Shown here: positions 52,801 to 63,106 of the stretch, piece by piece | How positions within the stretch are numbered: position 1 is the stretch's first letter | Layout of the letters: each line of letters opens with the position of its first letter | Assembly: GCA_017654855.1 (NCBI GenBank) | Contig: CM030337.1 | Location: 4,278,001 to 4,341,106, forward strand | Length of the DNA: 63,106 nt | Direction: 5' to 3' | Source: Podospora anserina | Taxonomy: Eukaryota | Program-made: the position numbers and the translations under genes | Notes under the pieces: generated by a model | The model's input: only the letters and a program-made list of their open reading frames with translations | Databases searched by the model: none | Told to the model about the DNA's origin: nothing

Positions 52801-53185
52801 TATACGTAAATAGTAAAGTAAAGTTAAGTAATAAAAAAGTAAATTATATAATCCGATAGGATTTTTTCTATTAAAATAAAAAGTAAAGATACTATTAGAA
52901 ATAATTAAACGAGTTATATAGAATAGTATAAAATATATTATTATACGAGCGGTATAGAATTATAAATAAAAAATATAAAGTTAGGTATAAGTATATTAGT
53001 AATATACGTAAATAGTAAAGTAAAGTTAAATAATAGAAAGGTAAATTATATAATCCGATAGGATTTCTCCCATCAATATAAAAAGCAAAAACACTATTAA
53101 AATTACTTAAACGAGCTATATAAAATAATATAAAGTATATTATTATACGAGCGGTATAGAATTATAAATAAAAAATATAAAATTA
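49817..53185 (+). repeat. Tandem array of about 16.7 copies of a 202-bp unit
   Basis: The anchor TACGATCCGAT (or its RIP variant) recurs at 49817, 50019, 50221, 50423, 50625, 50827 and so on to 53049, at an exact 202-bp spacing. Confidence 0.97.
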
Positions 53186-53212
53186 ATCGACTTTTATTAT
53201 CGTACGACTTAT

Positions 53213-53600
53213 TTAATTATCGGAATTACTAATAACTATAGGCTCCTAGCTCTCTTCCGCCGCTCCTTTATTTCCCTTACTTTCTTCCTCGGCTTTAGTA
53301 CCGCTTTATTTAACGGTATAGAAATTATATTTACTACTATAATCCCTTTACTTATAGTTACTACAAGCACCACCCTAGTACCTATCTGTCGTACGATAAT
53401 CCTTAAACGGCCCTCTATTAGGCTTACTAATACAGGCAATATAGGGAAAGGTAGCCACTAAACCACGGCTCTAAATTAAAACTATATTTAAGTAGCTCGA
53501 ACGAATTAATACTTTAGCCCCCTTTACTTTGCCGGAAACGTATTCGATATCGGCCGATAGTAGAGCCGAAATTATTTATTATATTTCTTATATATTTATT
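53213..53600 (-). pseudogene. DUF3716-family Cys-rich protein relic, RIP-inactivated (boundaries approximate)
   Basis: RIP-reverted frame: RSSYLN(A)VLI(Q)SRGLVATFP(C).AC...RGPFKD(C)......GGAC(G)N(C)K(W)RD(H)..K(C), matching the DUF3716 pattern as I recall it. Confidence 0.7.
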
Positions 53601-54074
53601 AATTTAAATATTATTATACGAGAAAAATATATATTAATATTAATATAAAAACTATTTATTAGGCTCCTAATATAAAACTAATTAGTATCGATAACCTTAT
53701 ACGAACTACGGATAGCAAAGATAAAAACTATCTTAAATATTTATTTAAAAGTTAATTAATTTATACGATTAAAAGTTTATTAAAAAAGGGCCTTAATTAA
53801 AATTAAACCTATACCTCTAAAAACTTTAAAACCGTATATACCGCTCAGTTATTATACCTTAAAATCTTTATATTACCTTTTGGGCGATAATACTAACAAA
53901 CGATAAATCTATAAACCCCGTATAAAAATTATACAATACTTTTTTACTATTATATAATATTCCATTATACAATATTTATATTATTCTATTATATAATATT
54001 TATATTATTCTATTATACGATAAGCCTATTATATAACCGTCCGGGAATTAAATATCTATATCTTTTAATTAAAC

Positions 54075-54975
54075 CTTATCGTACGGCACCCAAACGGCTT
54101 AATCGGAATAACAAAGCTATATTACACAGCTAGCCTATTAAGGGATTTAAAAAAAAAAGCCTGCTTTACAGACCCAGACCCCGGCAACCGCACGCCACTA
54201 CCTTCCTGCCGAGGCATACCCTGACTATCGTACGGGACTAGCAACTATACGCCACTACCTTCCTGCCGAAGCATGCCCTAACTATCGTACGGCACCCAGA
54301 CGCTTTAATCGAAATAATAACGCTTTATTGTAAAGCTAGCCTGTCGAGGGATTTAGAAAAAAAGGTCCGCTTTTAAAGACCCAGATCCAGCAACCGCACC
54401 CCACTACCTTCCTGCCCAAGCATGCCCTGACTATTGTACGGTACCCAGACGCCTTAATCGGAATAATAAAGCTTTATTACATAGCTGGGTAGTCGAGGTA
54501 GTTAAAAGAAATAGTCCCAGATCCTCGCAGCCGCACGCCACTACCTTCGCGCCCAGGCGAGCCTTACCTACCGTACAGGACCTAAACGCCTAGATCGGAA
54601 TAATAAGGCTCTGTTATATAGCTGGGTAGTCGAGGTAGTTAGAAGAAATAGTCCCAGATCCTCGCAACCGCACGCTACTACCTTCGTGCCCAGGCGAGCC
54701 TTACCTACCGTACGGGACCTAGACGCCTGGATCGGAATAATAAGGCTCTGTTGCACAGCTGGCCTGTCGAGGGATTTGGAAGAAAAGGCCTGCTTTGGAA
54801 GAAAAGGTCTGCTTTTGCAGACCCAAACCCCGGCAACCGCACGCCACTGCCTTCCTGCCCAGGCACGCCCTGACTATCGTATGGGACTGGCAACCGCACC
54901 CTACTGCCTTCCTGCCCAAGCACGCCCTGACTATCGTACGGGACCTAGACCCCGGTAACCGTACGCTACTGCCCT
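54075..54975 (+). repeat. GC-rich complex tandem repeat (~57-bp core in 57-170-bp units) upstream of the TLH gene
   Basis: Variants of GCAACCGCACGCCACTACCTTCCTGCC...CTGACTATCGTACGG start at about 54184, 54241, 54390, 54527, 54664, 54833, 54890 and 54954. Confidence 0.9.
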
Positions 54976-55106
54976 TATCTACTTACACGTAACCCACTCC
55001 ACCTTTAATAGGGTATCCTTTTCTAAAAAAACTTACTAATAAACTTTAATTTAATAATATCTCGTATCGTACATAACTATTATATTACCATTAATACTAT
55101 ACTAAA

Positions 55107-58100
55107 ATAAACCCTTTTATTTATATTTCCCGCTTTTAAATTTTTATTTATAGGAAATATAAAATAATTATTCTTATAAATAAAGTGCCTACCTATCTTT
55201 ATACGTCCTATAAAGATATTATAACTATAAATAAACTAAATATCGTATAAGAGTATAACAATTTACTAACGGTCTTTCGAAAACAATAAGACTTAATAAA
55301 CTTTATACTTCCTTCTACAGTAATTAATTTAATTCTAAAATTAAAAAAACCTTCTTTTAATAAATTAAAGTACGATACCTACGCTTATATTGTATAGATT
55401 AAAAGGGCGATATAAAAATATTACTATATAAAATATAATTAAATTAACCCTAATATAAAAGGGGGAAATATTAAAGTAGCTTAATAATATTAGGGACTTT
55501 AAATAATTAGAATATATTACTAACGGTTTTTTAAAAGCCGGTTAGTTACTAGATATTTTAAAGTACGATTAACGGAGCCGGTAGCCGGAAGTCCTAACCT
55601 CGTATAATAAACCTAAAAATAAAAAAAGTAGTTTATAGTATTTTATCGTACGATTAACTTAACCCTTTAATAAATATTAATAATTATTATAGTAAGTAAG
55701 GAACGATTAGCTTTAAATCCTTAACTAAATAGGATAGGTTAGGTATACTACTTTAGGTTTTTAAACTAATAAACTATATATCGTTTAACCTTTCTTAACT
55801 TAAACGAAGGATAGTTAGACAGTAAAAATCTAATTACTTTTATAGTCCTCTATAAAATTTAAGAAAGGATTAATTAAGTTATTACTAATATAATAATAAG
55901 GTTATCGTCCGATAAAATCGGTTACCCGGTTTTATTCGAAATTAATAAAAAAACGATCGACTAAAAACCCTCTAAGCCTTTTAATAGTAGTAGCCTAGTC
56001 CTTCGTATAATATAGAAATACTTTTTTATTTAGAAAAGGATTTTTAGGTATATTTGCCGTATATAGAGTTAGGATTAATAAAATCGGTTACCATATAATT
56101 TAAACGCTAGTTAGATAAAAAGTTTAGAGATTATTATATAAATAGTATAAAAGTTTTATTATAGTAACGATAAGGCCGAAGGAAAGTTATTAAATTAAAT
56201 ATTTATCGATTTTTTTATTAGACTTTTAAATTATCCTCTCCTATAGTCGTCGTACGAAAGCACCCTCCTCTCTGCCCTAGCTACTATAGCCCTAAAGGAT
56301 AATAGAAAGTAATATACCCCGTCCGACTTTACACTATTCCTTTTTACTATCGTTACCCTCGGTAGGGCCTTTATCGTACGACACTTACTTTACGAGTTTA
56401 CCCGGCTAAAAGAGGTAAGTAAAAAGCTTAGTCTCTTTAATATCGTCCGCTCTAAAGTCTCGAGGTTTATAACTAAAGTTTACTAAAGTAATTACCCTAT
56501 ACCGATAAACTAGGTTTTAAAGGCTCGTACGTATAATATAATTATTAATAGCTCTATAATATCCGAAAGTAAATTTACGTTTAACGGTATTACTATTATA
56601 TATTAGGATATCTCTATTATTATTAACGTTTTAACTAAAATAATATATATTTTAATTAATAAAATTAATCGTATAATCTAGGACCTAACTTTCTTATTAA
56701 TATTGGGCATTTCTATCCCGGAAATTCCCTAGAATAATTTAAAGGATAATATAAGCTAGGATAAAATTAGGTATTCCTTTTTTTCCGATCCTAGTAATAT
56801 ATATTTCCGGCGGCCTTAAAATTAAATTGTATAACGAATTACCGAAAATCCTTCCCTTATTTAACTTTAGTTAAAAAAATAGGGTAATAATTATATTTAT
56901 TATACAACCGAAGCCCAGTCGTACCTAGACCGGGTAAATAGGCTCCGATCCCTCCTTTTTATCGCTATTTATTTATTAATAAGGTTACCGCCTCGTACGA
57001 TAGAGCTTTTAAGTATAAGGTTCTATAATATACCGGTTAAAGGGTTTAAAAATATATTTATTTAATATAGTATAATCGTAATCGTACTATAGTATAATAA
57101 AGGGTTAAGCTATACCGGATAATTAAAAATTATTTATCGCTATCTCCTAAAGGAGCTAGGTATAAGTATCGTATAATACCTTTAACTTATTTACCCCTTT
57201 TACCTTAATTTATAATACTAGTTTAACGGAGCCTCTACCCCTACCCTATTCTTTTAGGATTCTAAATTTATACGGCTATTTAAAGATATTAAATTTAAGG
57301 ATACCGGCTAAAGTATATCCTCCGGTAACCCAGAAAATTAATAGTCGTTTAATAAAGTTAGCCGGGCCCTTATATCGTATATAGAGCGCTACTTCGGATC
57401 TAAAATCAGTATTCGGCCCTAACGTTATATTACCGTAAATATTACTCGCTAATTTCTTATTTATTTTATTCTAAAGAGTTTATTAGAAAATAAAATAGTA
57501 CCGTCGTCCGATAATTATAACGGGTCTGATTTTAATTACGACGAGGATAACGAAAATAAAGGCTTTAATCTTATTATTACGGCCTAAACCGGTTACTCGG
57601 AAAGGATTATTAGAATAGTATATACTAAGTATATTAACTAAGGAAGGTTAGGGTATACCGTACGATAATAGTAGTTTATGAAGCTTAGTTAATTATAGTA
57701 CTAGCTATTTACCTTCGGCTCGGACGATACTTTGACCCTCTAGTAGACCAAAACTAACCTCTTCCAGAACCAACGTTATACCGTACGGCAGGGACGACTC
57801 CGGTACCTAGCTAGCCTTAATATTAAGGGCTATTTCCGTTAGATATTTAATAACTTTAATATTAGTTTTAAAGGTAACTAGCGCGAGGTATTAACTTTTA
57901 TTGTACGAGGGTTTAGCCCAATCCTTTATATTACCGGGATAGGTAATAGAAAAAGTATTATCTTCTTACTCCTAATTTATTATACGAAGGACGGGGTTAT
58001 TATTATTATTTTTCCTTTTATAGTACTATAAAAGAATATAGCCCGGCGTTATAAAGAATTAGGGATTAGTTATACGATTTAGAGTTTTAAAGAGGTTTCG

Positions 58101-59813
58101 ATTAACTAGGTTATTTTTATAACCCCGGAGACCTTTAGTACTAAAACGTTTAAGACCTTCGTTAATAAGCTTAACGTATAATAATAGCTTAACCGGATTA
58201 TTTTTAATAAGTATTATACTATTCTAGACTCGTCGTACGAATTTCGACCACTCTTCCGGCAAATCGGTTAATATATAGCTTTAATCGGGATATAATTACT
58301 CTTCCTAATAGCTACCCTCCTACCTCGGGACTTACTAGGGTTTTATAAAAGTTTATATTTTAATTCGTAAAAGGTAACTATCGTACGGTTTATTATATTC
58401 CGGTCGAATATTAAATACTTTATAGTTAAGTATAGAGATTAAAAGGCCGTCCTCTAAGCCCTTTATTAGTAAGTTAACTCTATCGGTAACCGTAATCCTC
58501 GTACGAGGGTTATTATTTATTCCCCTTCAATCGATTTTACTAAAGTTATTTTATACTTATTTAAGTGTCCGGCATACTATAGTAATATAGAAGAGAGTAT
58601 TTAGAAAAATAAGATTGTACGAGGGTGGATTAAAAGCGGTGGTACTATTATAGTAACGTCTGCCCTAGGTACTAATATCGATATTCCAGATATACGATAT
58701 GTTTTTTATACCGGGCTTCTAAAGATATTAAGGGACTTTATTTAGGAAAGCGGATAAGCCGGGAGAGACGGAGTAAAGGCCGAATCGGTAATTTTTTTTA
58801 TAAAGAATTGTACGGCCGGAAAGTTAATTACCGGAATTATAGATTTAGCGTTATTAAAAATAAAGTATTTCGTATAGAATAGTAACTTATATTATAAGAT
58901 TATTTTTTCCCGGGTAATAGATAGGCGGATAGATAGGGCCGGGTATAAGGAGGGCGAGGAGTTATATAGGTTATATAAAGAGCGGTTTTTTAATATAGTT
59001 CGTACGAAGTTATTCCGAATAGAGGAGGAGGCTTATAGGTTTTATTATACGGTAATCCTAGAGGCTATAAATAAATAGGTTTTCGATATAGTTATTAATA
59101 AAGAAAAGTAACGTTAAGTTATTATAAAAAAGCAGGAAAGGAGGAAAAATATTATATAAAACGTAGAGGTTATAATTAAAGTATTTTTATAGTTACGGGT
59201 AAACTATATAGTTTACTTTTTAAAGTATACCGAGTTTAAGGAGGAATATATACGGTACGAATTTTAGTAATCGACGGCTTACGGATTTTACGGTATTATA
59301 CGAAATACTTTATAACTAACTAAACTTTTTAGTAGATTAAAAAAGCTATATATATTAAAGGGTTTATTTAAGGATAAATAGGCTTAAAAAAAAAGTGTAG
59401 AGTTAAGCGATTAGTTTTTAAGGGTTAGGGGTTTAAGTTTAAATACCGTACGAAAATTAAACGGAGGTTTCTAGGGGTATAATAAGTATAGGGTTCTAAA
59501 AAGGTTTTATAGGCGGTGGGAACCGTTAAAGGAAAACGAGGGTTCGTTTTATAAGTCTAGGAAGGATTATTCGTACGGGATAAAATTAATAATGGGGTTA
59601 ATTATAGTTAAAAAAAGAGGTTTGGGTTAGTTTAAAGAAGATGTTGAGGCACTTTATTGGAAATACGGGGTTATATTAGATAACGAAATAGGGGTAGTAC
59701 GTCGGTTACTCGTACGGGTAAAAGTATCGGATATTAAGTGTTCTGTAATAGTATTAGTTTAGGTTAAGGTGTGGGAGGAAATTCGTACGAGATATCCAAA
59801 GTTAATAGAGTAA
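55107..59813 (+). pseudogene. Telomere-linked RecQ helicase (TLH) relic: DUF3505 Zn-finger + tyrosine-recombinase-like domain + RecQ helicase + Zn-binding domain, RIP-inactivated
   Basis: All sampled motifs fall in one frame: (C)(Q)RFF...YF(E)V; NP(W)L.R(T)G(W); F(R)GN(Q)REV; G(T)G.(G)KS at 57936-57956; (DECH) at 58206-58217; (T)ATL(P)P; TSALG..IDIPDIR; (Q)ESG(R)AGRDG at 58743-58772; (C)..GEEL(C).L(C). Oriented toward the telomere. Confidence 0.9.
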
Positions 59814-59870
59814 TACTACGGTTTTTTTATTTAAAAATATATATATATATATATATTTTATAAATAAAAG

Positions 59871-60228
59871 TAAAAATAAAGAAAAATATTATATTATAAT
59901 AGTAGAAGAATATATAAAATTAATTATAATATTATAAAGATATATATATAATAAGAGCTTGCTAGTAAGCTATACTATATATAGGAAAAAAAAAAGATAT
60001 TATAGGCTCGTAAGCCATATAATAAGTACCGGAACGGCCTGATCAGAGGGCTAGAATAGCCTATACACGTATAATATATAAAATATAAAAAAAGAAAAGT
60101 CGATATCGTATTTAAAATAAAATATTAAAAATAAACTATTTATATATATAACCTATAAACCCCCGAATTCTTTAAAAAGTTTATATTATTATTTATACTT
60201 TTAAAAATATAGCCGAACTTTATATAAA
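59871..60228 (-). mobile_element. Heavily RIP-mutated solo LTR related to the 42596-42957 LTR
   Basis: The core TATAGGCTCGTAAGCCATATAATAAGTACCGGAACGGCCTGATCAGAGGGCTAGAAT aligns with TATGGGCTCGCAGGCCACATAATAAGCACCGGATTGGCCTGATCAGAGGGCCAGAAT; ends are approximate. Confidence 0.75.
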
Positions 60229-60589
60229 TATATTTATAAAACTTTAAATATACTATTTTACGAAAAAATAATAATATTTTTTATAATAAAAAGAAATTAA
60301 TAAATATAAAGAGACTTTTTATTAATATTTTTAAATAGTATAAAAAAATTAAATAATTAATAAAGAAAAAAAGAAAAGTAATTAAATAAATAAGGGTATA
60401 ATATATAGTAAAAAAAAATTATTAATTAAATAAATTTAAAATATAAAATTTATTATTCTTTATAAATTAAATAAATAAAGTTAGATTAATATATATATAT
60501 ATATATAAATATTAATACTTAATATATATAAACGAAAAAAAACTATATATTATAATATAAAAATTTAAAGAATATATAATTATTATATA

Positions 60590-63018
60590 TAAGTAGGAAA
60601 GTACCCGAACCGCTATATATATATATAAGGATATATAAAGACTAACTACTATATATTAGTAAGAGGGAACACGAATTACTATACGTATATATAAAACTAT
60701 ATAAAAGCTAATAACTATATATAAGTATAAATGTATTAAACCCGCTATATATACGTAAAAAAAAAGTATTAACCGCTATATATATAGTAAATAAGGTGCT
60801 AACCGCTATATAAATATAGAAAGGAATATTAACCGGTATATATATATAGAAAAAAGTATTAACCGGTATATATATATAGAAAAAAGTATTAAGCGCTATA
60901 TATACGTAAGGAAAAGTATTAACCGCTATATATATAGTAATAAGAGTACTAACCGCTATATATATATAAAAAAAAGTATTAACCGCTATATATATATAAG
61001 AATACATTAAAACTAATTATAATATAAATATAAGAAGGAATAGTAACCCGTATATATATATGGAAAGAAGTACTAACCGATATATATATATAAAAAATAC
61101 GTTAAAACTAACCGCTATATAGATATAAAAGGAATAGTAACCCGTATCTATATATAGAAAAAGTGCTAACCGCTATATAAATATAGAAAAAGGAATAATA
61201 ACCCGTATATATATATAGAAAGAAATGCTAACCGCTATATATATATAAGGATACGTTAAAACTAACCGCTATAGAAATATAAAAAGGAATAGTAACCCGT
61301 ATATATATATGGAAAAAAGTATTAACCGCGATATATATAGATAAAGATACGTTAAAACTAACCGCTATAAAAATATAAAAAGGAAGAGTAACCCGTATAT
61401 ATATGTGAAAAGAAGTGCTAACCGCTATATATATATATAAAAATACGTTAAAACTAACCGCTATATAAATATAAAAAGGAATAGTAACCCGTATATATAT
61501 GTGGAAAGAAGCGCTAACCGCTATATATATATATAAAGATTTATTAAAACTTATTACTATAAATATATAGAAAGAAATACTAACCGCTATATAGATATAG
61601 TAAATAGTGTTAACCACTATAAATATATATAAAAGATTTACCGCTTTATATATAGCAAAGAATACTAACCGGTATATATATAAATAAAAAAGTATTAATT
61701 GTTATATATAAATAAAAAAGACTATTAAGGGTAAAAATATATATATATATATATTAATTAAAATTAACCGCTATATAAATATAGAAAGGAATATAAACTA
61801 GTATATATATATGGAAAAAGGGGCCAACCATATATATATATAAGGATACGTTAAAACTAACCGCTATAGAAATATAAAAAGGAATAGTAACCCGTATATA
61901 TATATAGAAAAAATATTAACCGCGATATATATATAAGGGTAGGTTAAAACTAACCGCTATAGAAATATAGAAAGGAATAGTAACCCGTATATATATATAG
62001 AAAAAAGTGTTAACCGCGATATATATATAAGGGTAGGTTAAACTAACCGCTATAGAAATATAGAAAGGAATAGTAATCCGTATATATAAAAAGGAAAAAG
62101 TGTTAACCGCTATTATAAATATAGAAAGGAATATTAACTTATATATATATATAAAAGAAAATGCTAACGGCTATAAATATATAAAAAAGAAATTTTAATT
62201 ATTATAAATATATAGAAAGATCCGTTAAGATTAACCGCTATAAATATATGGAAAAAGAAGTACTAACCGCTATATATATATAGAAAAGAAGTGCTGACCG
62301 CTATATATATATAGAAAAAATTACTAACCACTAAAATATATATAAAAGATACGTTAAAACTAAAAGCGCTATCTATATAGTAAAAAAGTATTAAACCGCT
62401 ATATATATATATATATAAAAAGTATATAAAAATCAACTGCTATATATATATCTAAAGATATATTAACCGATATATATATATATAAAAGAAATACTTACCG
62501 CTATATATAAAAAAAAAAATATTAAATGCAATATATATATATATAATAAATAAAAACTAAGCGCTCGATATATAGTATAAGAAATACTAAACGCTATATT
62601 TATAGTAAAAAGCATGCTAACCGCTATATATATATAATAATATATTAAGACTAACCGCTATAAATATATTAAAAGAACTATTAATAGTAAAAAGCATAAT
62701 AACTGCTATATATATATAATAATATATTAAGACTAAGCGCTATAAATATATTAAAAAAAGTGCTAACAGCAAAAAGCATACTAAACGCTATATATATATA
62801 ATATTATGTTAAAACTAACCGCTATAAATATATTAAAAAAAGTACCGACAAAAAAAAGCATACCAACCGCTATATATATATAATAATATATTAAAACTAA
62901 CCGCTATAAATATATTAAAAAAAGTACCGACAGAAAAAAGCATACCAACCGCTGTATATATATAATGATATGATACGACTAACCGCTATGATTATGTTAA
63001 AGGAAGTGCTGCCCGCTA
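60590..63018 (+). repeat. AT-rich subtelomeric minisatellite with ~30-bp units and a TAACCGCTATA / TAACCCGTATA core
   Basis: Dozens of TAACCGCTATATATATA-type units with higher-order patterning. Confidence 0.92.
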
Positions 63019-63106
63019 TAGGGTTAGGGTTAGGGTTAGGGTTAGGGTTAGGGTTAGGGTTAGGGTTAGGGTTAGGGTTAGGGTTAGGAGTTAGGGTTAG
63101 GGTTAG
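63019..63106 (+). repeat. Telomere (TTAGGG)n
   Basis: About 14 TTAGGG repeats run to the end of the sequence, with one TTAGGAG variant. Confidence 0.99.

Noticed and set aside
49817-53185. Possible CRISPR-like array, and the small ORFs within the 202-bp repeats
   Set aside because: Eukaryotic context; whole units repeat with no unique spacers; the ORFs are repeat-derived.
55107-59813. Starship captain (DUF3435) interpretation of the recombinase-like segment
   Set aside because: The segment is internal to a DUF3505-RecQ fusion pointing at a telomere, not a standalone first gene of a cargo element; no Starship-type architecture seen.
60708-61617. YIYIAV-repeat ORFs
   Set aside because: Translations of the AT-rich minisatellite, not real proteins.

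Overview
This window is the right end of a chromosome from a filamentous ascomycete. Evidence: spliceosomal introns with CTRAC branch points, RIP-type C>T/G>A damage and a terminal (TTAGGG)n tract. Gene content and LTR style suggest a Sordariales fungus such as Podospora, but that is inference. Bases 1-37,050 are GC-balanced and hold about 17 genes, many secreted: FAD monooxygenase, triple CBM18 protein, ferritin-like LsdA/Rds1-type protein, MFS transporter, PurU, S10 carboxypeptidase, a frameshifted FMO, a nonsense-mutated P450, GH18-like protein, cutinase, TPR protein, secreted PLA2, bilirubin oxidase and a divergent uncharacterised secreted protein. Two tRNA-Arg genes at about 37.2-37.5 kb mark the switch to an AT-rich, RIP-mutated domain. 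That domain holds a pogo/Fot1 fragment, a solo LTR, a deleted Copia element and a truncated Gypsy element. It ends in a structured subtelomeric unit: a ~90-bp boundary motif, about 17 copies of a 202-bp repeat, a DUF3716 relic, GC-rich repeats, a 4.7-kb telomere-linked helicase (TLH) relic, an LTR relic, a TAACCG-core minisatellite and the telomere. The main observation is that the TLH frame, read with RIP changes reverted, encodes a DUF3505 zinc-finger region, a tyrosine-recombinase-like catalytic set (R, K, xxxRH, GH, Y) and a RecQ helicase in one ORF. The unit is also strongly enriched for the palindrome CGTACG and has a sharp proximal boundary that is duplicated 11.7 kb upstream. Together these suggest a recombinase-helicase mobile element specialised for chromosome ends. 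All domain calls are by-eye motif recognition; no searches were run.
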